Source: an uncultured Gammaproteobacteria bacterium
Lineage (GTDB): Bacteria; Patescibacteriota; Microgenomatia; JAMCZE01
Assembly (NCBI GenBank): GCA_964371135.1
Contig: CAYJLJ010000002.1
Span: 11,758 to 38,433 of the forward strand
Reading direction: 5' to 3'
Length of the DNA: 26,676 nt
Shown here piece after piece: positions 15,583 through 23,718 of this stretch (positions are counted from its first letter, which is position 1; each line of letters opens with the position of its first letter). The notes beneath the pieces were generated by a model. It did not search any database. It had not been told where the DNA came from and worked only from the letters and a program-made list of their open reading frames with translations. Made by a program: the position numbers and the translations under genes.

Positions 15583-17198
15583 TTACTCCCGAACCACTGT
15601 TCTAAAATCTTTTTGGCAACAGGCGCAGCTACATCAGACCCTTCTCCGCCGCCTTCTACAAGAACTGTAACCGCTATCTCCGGTCCGCCAGCTGGCGGAT
15701 CAGCGGGGGCGAACAGGGTTAGCCATCCATGAGTCTTTTTCAGAGCCGGATCGCCATATTCCGCCGTTCCCGTTTTGCAGGCAATTTGCGGTTTGAAATC
15801 AAACAATGGCCAGGCCGTCCCCCCCGGCGAACAGGCGCCAATCATGCCCTTCTTAATCAAATCAATTGTTTCTTTCTTTATTCCTAAATCCTTGCATCCG
15901 TTTTCCTGACCTTTATCCCACTCCTTTTGTCTTTTGTCTGGTGCCAGTACATGTGGCCGGCATAACTTTCCTCCATTTGCAATAACCGCCGTCCAAAAAT
16001 TAACCTGCAAAGGCGTGGCCAGGACATCCCCCTGGCCGATGGCGGTGTGATAGGTATCGCCCAAATACCAGTCCCTGTCCAGCTTAATCAAACCCTTTGC
16101 TTCGCCGGGCAGATCAATCCCCAGCGGAGCCTCCAGCCCAAATCTTTTTGCCCAGACAATCAGATTATCAATGCCGGTTGCCTCCCCGGCTTTATAGAAA
16201 AAAATGTCATTGCTTTTTTGGATTGCCCCAACAACATCCAAAGGCCCCTCCACGCCGCCGATTGCCAGATATTTCCAGTTGGGAAATTTGTACGGGCCGA
16301 TCACCAGAATCCCGGTGTCTTCAATAATTGTCCCGGCGGTTATTGACCCTGTTTCAAGCCCGGCGGCAGCCGTAACCAATTTAAAGGTTGATCCCGGCGG
16401 AAACGTTCCGGAAACCGCGCGGTTAAAGAAAGATTGTTTCGGGTCATTTAGACTGGCCGCGATATTATTTGGGTCAAACGCGGGAACGGAAACCAAAGCC
16501 AGGATTTCACCGGTATTCGGGTTTGTGGCCACCACAACGCCATTTTGTCCATCAAGGGCTGCATACGCTGTTTTTTGAATTTGGGCGTCGATAGTTAAAG
16601 TTAAATTACTGCCCGGCACCGGAGGTACCGTGGAAATAGTCCTTAATTTTTTGCCAACGGCATCAACTTCGATTAAATCTTTGCCGTCAACTCCCCGCAG
16701 TTTATCCTCATAAAATTCTTCGACGCCCCCCTTGCCGGTTTTATAACCATCAGAGGAACTATCTTCAGAAACATAGCCTGTTAAATGGGCAAAGGCCGGG
16801 CCGTATAAATACGACCGGATGGAATCTACCTCCGCCTGTTTGCCGGCAACTTCCAACTCAATCGCCTGGTCTTTGGAAATAGTTTGATTGTTAAACCGGA
16901 AACCTGGTAAATTAGCCGTCAACGGCACGTCGTTGCGGTCATAAATAATCCCGCGGGGCGCATGGATGGGAATCTGGGCAATCCGGTTTTCCATCGCCAG
17001 CCCGTGAAAATAGGCTCCGGCGAAAATCTGCGTTTTAATCAGGGTCGAAAGCAGTCCCAGAAACGCGGCCACCGTCAAAAGTTTTACGGCAATAATCCGG
17101 CCATGGCCACCTCCATCTTCATCATGATAATGACGGCCCGCCAACCGGGATTTTTGGCGCGTGACAGAAACAAAATCACCAAGCGATAGCCCGAGCAT
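15576..17198 (-). CDS. mrdA: Penicillin-binding protein 2 (class B transpeptidase)
   Basis: APRGIIYDRN, G..GVE.FYED.LRG.DG, PGSTFK (SxxK), SNDIFFY (SxD), CKTGTAE. Downstream of mreCD. Confidence 0.93.
   Translation of the reverse strand: MLGLSLGDFVSVTRQKSRLAGRHYHDEDGGGHGRIIAVKLLTVAAFLGLLSTLIKTQIFAGAYFHGLAMENRIAQIPIHAPRGIIYDRNDVPLTANLPGFRFNNQTISKDQAIELEVAGKQAEVDSIRSYLYGPAFAHLTGYVSEDSSSDGYKTGKGGVEEFYEDKLRGVDGKDLIEVDAVGKKLRTISTVPPVPGSNLTLTIDAQIQKTAYAALDGQNGVVVATNPNTGEILALVSVPAFDPNNIAASLNDPKQSFFNRAVSGTFPPGSTFKLVTAAAGLETGSITAGTIIEDTGILVIGPYKFPNWKYLAIGGVEGPLDVVGAIQKSNDIFFYKAGEATGIDNLIVWAKRFGLEAPLGIDLPGEAKGLIKLDRDWYLGDTYHTAIGQGDVLATPLQVNFWTAVIANGGKLCRPHVLAPDKRQKEWDKGQENGCKDLGIKKETIDLIKKGMIGACSPGGTAWPLFDFKPQIACKTGTAEYGDPALKKTHGWLTLFAPADPPAGGPEIAVTVLVEGGGEGSDVAAPVAKKILEQWFGSNP
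15684..15699. repeat. Perfect 16-bp palindrome inside mrdA (family B, DPPAGG)
   Basis: TCCGCCAGCTGGCGGA. Same TCCGCC/GGCGGA stem as 24845-24859. Confidence 0.7.
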
Positions 17199-17496
17199 AG
17201 AAAAAAATAATTTGCGACCCCGCCTCGAAAGCCAAAAACGACCAGAGGTTAAAAGGGTATTTAACTTTAAACAATTGCACGGCCAAAGCCGCCAGAAGAT
17301 AGGCCCCGGCCAAAACTCCCAGCTGATTGCCCAAAATCAGGTCTCCCAAAAACCCCGTCCCAAAGGCCAGAGCATAGATTTTGGAGGCGTTAAATTTATA
17401 GCCGGCAGCGGAAATAATAATTAGTACCGGCAAATTCACCGCCGGCGTAATTGCCTGTAAAAATACGGAAATTATTGATAAAGCAACAAGTATCAT
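17176..17496 (-). CDS. mreD: Probable rod-shape protein MreD (short)
   Basis: Hydrophobic 106-aa ORF between mreC and mrdA containing GFLGDLILGNQLG. ATG 17496 lies 10 nt after the mreC stop. Assignment rests largely on synteny. Confidence 0.6.
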   Translation of the reverse strand: MILVALSIISVFLQAITPAVNLPVLIIISAAGYKFNASKIYALAFGTGFLGDLILGNQLGVLAGAYLLAALAVQLFKVKYPFNLWSFLAFEAGSQIIFFYARAIAW

Positions 17497-17506
17497 TTCA
17501 ACTGGT

Positions 17507-18277
17507 TTAGTCTGATAAGACAAAAACCGTCTCCAGTCCCGAATAATCAAGAATCGGCAGAACGGTCGCTTTTTTAAACAGGTCCGTCCCGGCGCTGATG
17601 ATTTTTCCCAGTTTTCCCACTACTAAATCGGGGGGAAAGCTGTCACCCTCTCCCGATGTCAAAATCGGGTCATTTTCGGCTATTTCTTCGGTTTGGGCGA
17701 CCCGGTCAAGCTGCATTGAGGAATTAAATTGTCCTATAACAAGACCTCTAGCCTTATTTATCTTGACGGGAATCTTCGCCTGCGGGTCCGTGGGAAGCTG
17801 GACAAAGCTGGCTTTGGGTGTTGTCCGGACAATTTTCCCGACGAGGTTATTGAGATAGATAACTGTCTGCCCTTCTTTGACGGCGTCATTGGTTCCGAGT
17901 CCGATTTCCAGGTAGCGGCCGCTTCCCAGGACGATAGCCGGCAGCAATTTTCTGTCAGCCGGGATTTTTGCCCCCAATTGCTTACGCAATTCATTATTTT
18001 CCTCTTTTAACGCCGCCGACTCGCTAATTGTTGCGGACAATTCCAGGTTTCTCTGTTCCAGATTTTTGATTCTGGCCTCGCCGGATTTCCAGAAGGTTAA
18101 AAAGGAGAAAGTTTCACCGACCCCCTGCTTGGCGGAATAAACCGCATATTGAATGGGTACGGTTATTACCTGAACCGCAGATTTTGGCGTGTCCAGCAAG
18201 CCGGTTCCATCCACCAAAAAAACAAAAACTGCCAATAAAAATAGGGCTCCAAATGTCCTCAACTCCAAGGTCTTCAT
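17507..18277 (-). CDS. mreC: Rod shape-determining protein MreC
   Basis: TM helix, coiled coil LKEENNELRKQL, beta domain with GTNDAVKEGQTVI...LVGKI, ILTSG.G..FPPDLVVG, P..DYSGLETVFVL. Confidence 0.9.
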   Translation of the reverse strand: MKTLELRTFGALFLLAVFVFLVDGTGLLDTPKSAVQVITVPIQYAVYSAKQGVGETFSFLTFWKSGEARIKNLEQRNLELSATISESAALKEENNELRKQLGAKIPADRKLLPAIVLGSGRYLEIGLGTNDAVKEGQTVIYLNNLVGKIVRTTPKASFVQLPTDPQAKIPVKINKARGLVIGQFNSSMQLDRVAQTEEIAENDPILTSGEGDSFPPDLVVGKLGKIISAGTDLFKKATVLPILDYSGLETVFVLSD

Positions 18278-18350
18278 GCAGGGAAAGTATACCTATTTTC
18301 CGTCATTCTGGCCAGAGTCCAGAATCTCCCTCGCCACCTGAAACGTAATC

Positions 18351-18379
18351 TTGACAGGAAAAAGGAAAAAAAGTACTAT
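18351..18379 (+). promoter_or_regulatory. Near-consensus sigma70 promoter for the 18386 ORF
   Basis: TTGACA (18351-18356), 17 nt, TACTAT (18374-18379), then 6 nt to the ATG. Confidence 0.75.
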
Positions 18380-18385
18380 GTGTTT

Positions 18386-18595
18386 ATGACTGAGAGAGAA
18401 GTACAAATTATAAAATGGGGTGTAGAAACAGTCCCGAAGAATAAACGGATTACCGGTTATCTCTGTGGCACTTGTCACGAACCGATTTATCTCCTCAGCG
18501 GGATCAAAGATGCAAGTGGCGTTGTAGTAGCACAAGATATTCATGCTAGCGGTACACGATGTAAACCCGGCGTAATTGAAGCGATTGTTGAATAA
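18386..18595 (+). CDS. Small hypothetical protein, possible zinc binder (69 aa)
   Basis: CGTC plus H-x5-C. Supported by its dedicated promoter. Occupies otherwise empty space upstream of mreC. Confidence 0.6.
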   Translation: MTEREVQIIKWGVETVPKNKRITGYLCGTCHEPIYLLSGIKDASGVVVAQDIHASGTRCKPGVIEAIVE

Positions 18596-18671
18596 CACCT
18601 TTTCCCCCGCCCAATTTTTAGCTCCGCAAGAGGAACTCTTGACAAACTTTTTATGTGGTATCATTTTTATT

Positions 18672-19229
18672 ATGGGAGACGATAAGAATTATAACGGCAA
18701 TAAAGACTATAAAGGTTATAAGAGCCTGGCATTTTACCAACAATCAGAAATAATCTACGATTTTACGGTTGAATTTTGCGAAAAGTATATTGACTACAAG
18801 TCACGCACTCGCGACCAAATGGTTCAGGCAGCACGTTCCGGTAAGCAAAATATAGCCGAGGGCTATTTACAAAAAAGTATCGAGGGGAAACTTAAACTTT
18901 TGGGTGTAGCACGAGGTAGTTTGGAAGAATTGTTGAATGATTATCAGGATTTTTTAAGACAAAAAGGGTTACCGATTTGGACCAAGGATGATCCTCGTTC
19001 TCAAACTGTCCGTTCCTTGGTTTATAAAAATTATAAAAGTTATAGCGATTATAAAGGTTATATTTCCGCCCCGGAACCGGCAGCAAACGCTATGGTTTGT
19101 CTAATTAACCAGACAAACCAACTTTTAGATTCCAAACTCCGTTGGTTGCAAGACGACTTTGTCAAAAACGGTGGCTTCCGGGAAAATTTGCTGAAAAAGC
19201 GCCTGGAATACCGAAAAAAATCATTTTAA
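18672..19229 (+). CDS. Four-helix-bundle protein (23S rRNA IVP/Avd-like fold) with C-terminal suffix domain
   Basis: GYKSL.FYQ.S.IIYD.T, RTRDQMVQAARSGKQNIAEG, KLL.VARGSLEELL.DY.DFLR, LINQTN.LL, F..NGGFRE. TGG-TATCAT lies 7 nt before ATG 18672. Confidence 0.9.
   Translation: MGDDKNYNGNKDYKGYKSLAFYQQSEIIYDFTVEFCEKYIDYKSRTRDQMVQAARSGKQNIAEGYLQKSIEGKLKLLGVARGSLEELLNDYQDFLRQKGLPIWTKDDPRSQTVRSLVYKNYKSYSDYKGYISAPEPAANAMVCLINQTNQLLDSKLRWLQDDFVKNGGFRENLLKKRLEYRKKSF
18678..18722 (+). repeat. 9-nt degenerate tandem array at the 5' end of the four-helix-bundle gene
   Basis: GACGATAAG-AATTATAAC-GGCAATAAA-GACTATAAA-GGTTATAAG. Confidence 0.75.
19020..19064 (+). repeat. 9-nt degenerate tandem array inside the four-helix-bundle gene
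   Basis: GTTTATAAA-AATTATAAA-AGTTATAGC-GATTATAAA-GGTTATATT, read as VYKNYKSYSDYKGYI. Confidence 0.8.
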
Positions 19230-20276
19230 TCCCCCCGTTACCCGGACTCTTTCCAGGAGTTTGTCGTCGGTTAAAACCCGTCCGCAGCCCCGGACAACGG
19301 CCGTCATGGCATCATCAGCCACCCAAACCGGAACTTTCGTCGCTTCAGAAATGGCAATGTCAATGTTTCGCAATTGCGACCCGCCGCCGGCCAGGGCAAT
19401 CCCGCGGTTGACAATGTCTGAGGCCAGTTCCGGCGGGGTTTCTTCCAAAAGACTGCCGATGCCTGAAACAATCTGATTAATGATCGGGCTGAGAGCCTCC
19501 CGGATTTCTGAAGAAGAGATTTTGAGAGACTTGGGCAACCCCGATTCCAAATCCCGGCCCCGCACGACTGCATATTTTTCTTCCTCATTTTTGGTTGGAG
19601 CCGCCGAGCCAATCGAAATTTTCAGAATTTCGGCCGTCGGCTGGCCCACCAGAACAGCATATTTGAGTCTTAGAAAACCGCTGATCGCTTCATCCATTTC
19701 GTCCCCGGCTACCCGGATAGATTTGTTCACCACAATTCCCCCCAGAGCCGTGACCGCCATTTCCGTGGTTCCGCCCCCAATGTCCACGATTATTGAGCCG
19801 CTGGATTCATCGATGGGAAGATTAATTCCCAGAGCCGCCGCCATCGGCTCTTCGATTAAATAGGCTTTGCGCGCTCCCGCAGCCAGGGCCGCTTCCTGCA
19901 CCGCCCGCCGTTCCACTTCCGTTACTCCCGATGGTATCCCGATTATTACTTTGGGCTTGGGAATCTTGGGAATTACGCCCGGGCTTTGATGCACCAGTTT
20001 GATATAGTGAGCCAGCATCGCCGTCGTGGCGTCAAAATCTGAAATCACCCCATCAGCCAGCGGCCGGACAACCTCAATTGTTGCCGGCGCCCGCCCGAGC
20101 ATTTTTTTGGCTTCTGAGCCGATGGCAATGACTTTTTTGGTTTTTTTGTGAATGGCCACCACCGACGGCTCGCGGATAACGATACCCTTGCCCTTGACCA
20201 TTACTAACGTGTTCGACGTTCCCAAATCAATACCCATGTCAAACGACACCAGCCCAAAAAGTGAATCCAGAAACAT
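19221..20276 (-). CDS. mreB: Rod shape-determining protein MreB
   Basis: MGIDLGTSNT, EPSVVA, RPL.DGVISDF, PSGVTEVERRAV, IEEPMAAA.G, VDIGGGTT, L.GGG..L. Confidence 0.98.
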   Translation of the reverse strand: MFLDSLFGLVSFDMGIDLGTSNTLVMVKGKGIVIREPSVVAIHKKTKKVIAIGSEAKKMLGRAPATIEVVRPLADGVISDFDATTAMLAHYIKLVHQSPGVIPKIPKPKVIIGIPSGVTEVERRAVQEAALAAGARKAYLIEEPMAAALGINLPIDESSGSIIVDIGGGTTEMAVTALGGIVVNKSIRVAGDEMDEAISGFLRLKYAVLVGQPTAEILKISIGSAAPTKNEEEKYAVVRGRDLESGLPKSLKISSSEIREALSPIINQIVSGIGSLLEETPPELASDIVNRGIALAGGGSQLRNIDIAISEATKVPVWVADDAMTAVVRGCGRVLTDDKLLERVRVTGGLK

Positions 20277-20385
20277 AACTAAATCGTATCATTTTAAACG
20301 GTAAAATTACAGGCAGGCGTTTGAGCCACTGTGAGGTCTTCTGATCAGTTTGCTTTCTCCCAGCACTTCTGATATTATAGGATAC

Positions 20386-20868
20386 ATGGCTGAGTACGAC
20401 CTAGAAACATCCGAGGGCTACCGTCACTACATTGAACAGGGATGGTTACTAAACGACGTGGGGGGGGCAAAACACAGTCAATGGTACATGTTTTTAAACT
20501 CTCCCGATGGCTGTGACCCCAGAAACTTCCCAGATTGGCTGAGGCAATACAAAAGTGGAAAGGCCGGGTTCGTCACCAGGCAGGAATTTACTGCGCATGT
20601 TGAATCGGAGGATCTAAGACTTACCGCCTTAGAACAAGACAGAAAAGCAGTGTGGAATACACTAGATTATGTACAGCTGGATTTACGGGATCAAAGAGAC
20701 ACAACAGACGACCTTCAGGCCCAATCAAACTTACTTTACGCGGCAATAAGCTGGTTGGCCCACCTTGTATCGCCGCAAGAAAAAACAGTTCCCGGAAATT
20801 ACCGTGTCGATAATTCACCAGGACTTCCTGCTGGAGGAAGCTACGATCTGGAAGATGACGGCTCGTAA
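20386..20868 (+). CDS. Hypothetical protein with coiled-coil segment (160 aa)
   Basis: ATG 20386 preceded by TGA-TATTAT at 7 nt. Heptad-like run LRLTALEQDRKAVWNTLDYVQLDLRDQRDTTDDLQAQSNLL. No family recognised. Confidence 0.6.
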   Translation: MAEYDLETSEGYRHYIEQGWLLNDVGGAKHSQWYMFLNSPDGCDPRNFPDWLRQYKSGKAGFVTRQEFTAHVESEDLRLTALEQDRKAVWNTLDYVQLDLRDQRDTTDDLQAQSNLLYAAISWLAHLVSPQEKTVPGNYRVDNSPGLPAGGSYDLEDDGS

Positions 20869-20883
20869 GATTATAATGTCTTC

Positions 20884-22140
20884 GTGGACCTGATTAAAAT
20901 TTGTGACCGGGTGATTAGCTGGGGCTTTTATGTACTATTTTTTTTAGTTCCCCTTGTTTTTTCCTCCCAAACTTCGGAGCTGTTTGAATATAACAAAATG
21001 ATGCTGACGTATGGGTTAACAATAATTATTGTTAGCGCCTGGGTAATAAAAATGCTGGTTGCGAAAAGATTTATCTACCGGCGCTCTTTTTTGGAAATAC
21101 CATTAATTTTATATTTAGGCGCGCATATTTTATCAACGATCTTTAGTATCGATCCGCATATTAGTATTTGGGGGTATTATTCCCGCTTTCATGAGGGCTT
21201 ATTAGCTTCTGTTTCGTATATTATTTTATATTTTGCCGCCGTTTCCAATTTAAACCGGGAGCATGTTAAGCGAATTTTATATGTTTCTTTTGCCTCTGCG
21301 GCAGTGGTTTCTTTTTGGGGTATCCTGGAGCACTTCGGTCACTCGCCGTCATGTTTAATTATTACCGGAAATTTTGGTGTTGACTGCTGGATTCAGGATG
21401 TTAAAAACCGGGTGTTTGCAACGCTGGGCCAACCAAACTGGATGGCAGCGTATTTGAATGTGATTATCCTCGCGATCTTAGGTTTTGCTCTTTCGGTTAA
21501 AAAAAAGCTCTACCTTTTTTTAATCGTAGGATTATTTGCCGCGGCACTTTTGTTCACCAGATCGCGTTCCGGTTTTGCCGGACTCGCTGCCGGGCTTGGA
21601 GTGTTTACATTACTAATAGTCCCCATTAGCAACAAATTGAAACTACTGACTTGCGCCGTCGCTTTAATAATTGGCAGCGTTGTAGGGATAAAGTGGTACC
21701 AGAACTTGCCCGCTCCCGGGCCGGGCGTGACCGATTCTGAAGCCATCAGAAAACCCGTCTGGGAAGGGGCCGTCAGGGTTTGGGAAAGATACCCGGTATT
21801 CGGATCGGGTGTAGAGACTTTTGCCTATTCATTCTACAAAGACCGGCCGGCCTCAAAAAATCTTGATTCTGAATGGGACTTTCTATACAACAAGGCCCAC
21901 AATGAATACCTCAATCTGCTCGCGACCACGGGGACGATAGGTTTCTTAAGTTACTTAGGCATCTTAGGGGTTTTTTCAATCTGGATAATTCGTAGACGCC
22001 GCGAATTGCTTGTCAGCGCTCTTTTCGCCGCCTGGGTCACGATATTAGTGACTAATTTCTTTGGCTTTTCAGTGGTTATTATTGGGTTATATTTATTTCT
22101 TATTCCGGCATGGGCAAAAATCTTAGCATCGCAGGAGTAA
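20884..22140 (+). CDS. O-antigen ligase-like (Wzy_C) polytopic membrane protein
   Basis: Many TM helices. RVFATLGQPNWMAAY, FTRSRSG, R.PVW.GA, P.FGSG.ETF, KAHNEYL. Confidence 0.88.
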   Translation: MDLIKICDRVISWGFYVLFFLVPLVFSSQTSELFEYNKMMLTYGLTIIIVSAWVIKMLVAKRFIYRRSFLEIPLILYLGAHILSTIFSIDPHISIWGYYSRFHEGLLASVSYIILYFAAVSNLNREHVKRILYVSFASAAVVSFWGILEHFGHSPSCLIITGNFGVDCWIQDVKNRVFATLGQPNWMAAYLNVIILAILGFALSVKKKLYLFLIVGLFAAALLFTRSRSGFAGLAAGLGVFTLLIVPISNKLKLLTCAVALIIGSVVGIKWYQNLPAPGPGVTDSEAIRKPVWEGAVRVWERYPVFGSGVETFAYSFYKDRPASKNLDSEWDFLYNKAHNEYLNLLATTGTIGFLSYLGILGVFSIWIIRRRRELLVSALFAAWVTILVTNFFGFSVVIIGLYLFLIPAWAKILASQE

Positions 22141-22778
22141 TTTTAGTTGCTATTTTGATGGAAACCGGCCTCTGGAATATGTGGCAGGCAGATAAAGCCT
22201 ACGCCATGGGTAAAAACCTGGACGGCGCGCGGCAGTATGTAAATGCTTATACCTACCTTACCCAGGCAGTAGAAGCTAACCCCGGCGAGCCAACCTACCG
22301 TGACGAACTCTCATATAACCAGGCGGTTTTGGCCAGCGCCCTCTTTACTCAAATTAACAACGCCACCGCTTCGGCCATCGCCTCGCTTTCGGCCGGGGAA
22401 AAGCTCACCCTGAAGATTCCGCAGCTTGACGCGTCAGTTAACGATTTAATTGGCCGCGCTGTCAGCAATTCTGACCAGGTTGTGGCCGCGTCTCCCGATT
22501 CTCTGCCGTTTTGGAAAAACAGGACAAAAATATTTTACCAGCTGGCCGCTATTGACCCTAAATATTATTCCCAAGCCCTCGAAGCTTTAAAAACCGCCAC
22601 CAACCTGGCCCCCACCGACGCCAAAATCTGGTATAACTATGGATTATTACTGGGTAGATTGGGGCAAAAACAAGAAGCTATTCAAATTTTAGAGAAGACA
22701 CTTCAAATGAAGCCTGACTACACCGATGCCAAGACGACATTATCAGAATTCGAAAAAGAACTTAATGCCAAAAAATAA
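22110..22778 (+). CDS. TPR-repeat protein with N-terminal TM helix (possibly the split C-terminus of the preceding gene)
   Basis: TPR-like units AYTYLTQAVEANPGEP, ALEALKTATNLAPTDAKIWYNYGLLL, AIQILEKTLQMKPDY. 31-nt overlap with the ligase gene. Confidence 0.85.
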   Translation: MGKNLSIAGVILVAILMETGLWNMWQADKAYAMGKNLDGARQYVNAYTYLTQAVEANPGEPTYRDELSYNQAVLASALFTQINNATASAIASLSAGEKLTLKIPQLDASVNDLIGRAVSNSDQVVAASPDSLPFWKNRTKIFYQLAAIDPKYYSQALEALKTATNLAPTDAKIWYNYGLLLGRLGQKQEAIQILEKTLQMKPDYTDAKTTLSEFEKELNAKK

Positions 22779-23718
22779 TGATACAGTTAAGTCACCCGCC
22801 ACCCTCGCAAGAGGTGGTCTTGCGAAGCTGCGAGAGGTGGTCTTGCAAACCAAGTGGCTGAAAGTTTTTCGCGCCCGGGAAGTTATTCCCGGCATCAGCA
22901 CGATTTTTATTGCCGCCCTGGACACCCGGCGGATGATTGCCCCTTCCCAACTGCTTTTAATGATCGCCGGGTTTTTAAGCATTTATTTCAGCGCTTTTTT
23001 AATCAACGAACTGGTTGATTCCTATGACACCGATAAATATAATCCCGGGAGAAATAAAGGCATAACCAAACACGGCGTATCGAGGCGCTTCACTCTCGTA
23101 TCTTTTCTGGCTGCAAGCATTATAGGAGTGTCCGTTCTCGCCTATTTAGGCCTGACATGGACAGGACTTCTCGCGTTTGCAATACTCTTTCTCTATTCCG
23201 CCCCGATCATCCGGCTTAAAGGCTGGCCATTTATTGAATTAATAGCTGTCACCATCGGCTGCGCCCTTTTGCCCTATATTGCCTATTATCAACTGGCCGG
23301 CTTACCTTTCACCTGGCATGAATGGCTGATTATTGCTTTTTTCTCCCTGGGCTTTCCGGCCATCCAACTGGTTAACGAGGGGGCGGACATTGACGCGGAC
23401 AGGCAAGCCGGGATAACAACTACGGCAGTAGTTTTAGGCGAGAGAAATAACCTGCTCTTAATTGAAATTTTATCTTTGAGTTCGGCCATTGTTGGCCTGG
23501 TGACAATGTTTCTGACCGGGCACTGGTGGTATCTATACATAGTCACGATGATTTTCTTTTTGTTTACCGCGGCCCGGTTTGGGCTGACAATCTATCACAA
23601 CCGCGCCCGGCTCCATGAACTTTTGCGCACCGGGGAAAAATTCGGGGTGTTGGCATCTGACGCGGGAACTGTAATAATTTTAGTGATCTATGTATGCGTA
23701 AGTCTCTGGCCTTTCTGA
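22765..23718 (+). CDS. UbiA-family membrane prenyltransferase
   Basis: Asp-rich motif 1 NELVDSYDTD..N..R, YSAP..RLK, motif 2 NEGADIDADRQAG.TT, multiple TM helices. Confidence 0.88.
   Translation: MPKNNDTVKSPATLARGGLAKLREVVLQTKWLKVFRAREVIPGISTIFIAALDTRRMIAPSQLLLMIAGFLSIYFSAFLINELVDSYDTDKYNPGRNKGITKHGVSRRFTLVSFLAASIIGVSVLAYLGLTWTGLLAFAILFLYSAPIIRLKGWPFIELIAVTIGCALLPYIAYYQLAGLPFTWHEWLIIAFFSLGFPAIQLVNEGADIDADRQAGITTTAVVLGERNNLLLIEILSLSSAIVGLVTMFLTGHWWYLYIVTMIFFLFTAARFGLTIYHNRARLHELLRTGEKFGVLASDAGTVIILVIYVCVSLWPF
22804..22849. repeat. Family A palindromic repeat, copies 3 and 4 in tandem (5' end of the UbiA gene)
   Basis: CTCGCAAGA-GGTGG-TCTTGCGAAGCT then GCGAGA-GGTGG-TCTTGC, read as LARGGLAKLREVVLQ. 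Confidence 0.85.

Noticed and set aside
18639-18644. TTGACA as the -35 box of the four-helix-bundle gene
   Set aside because: Only 14 nt from the TATCAT hexamer, too short for sigma70. The extended -10 alone is the better explanation.
18576-19229. Diversity-generating retroelement suggested by the Avd-like fold
   Set aside because: No reverse transcriptase and no TR/VR pair differing at adenines in the window.
5206-22849. Family A repeats as a CRISPR array
   Set aside because: Copies are kilobases apart, lie inside genes, have no regular spacers, and no cas genes are present.
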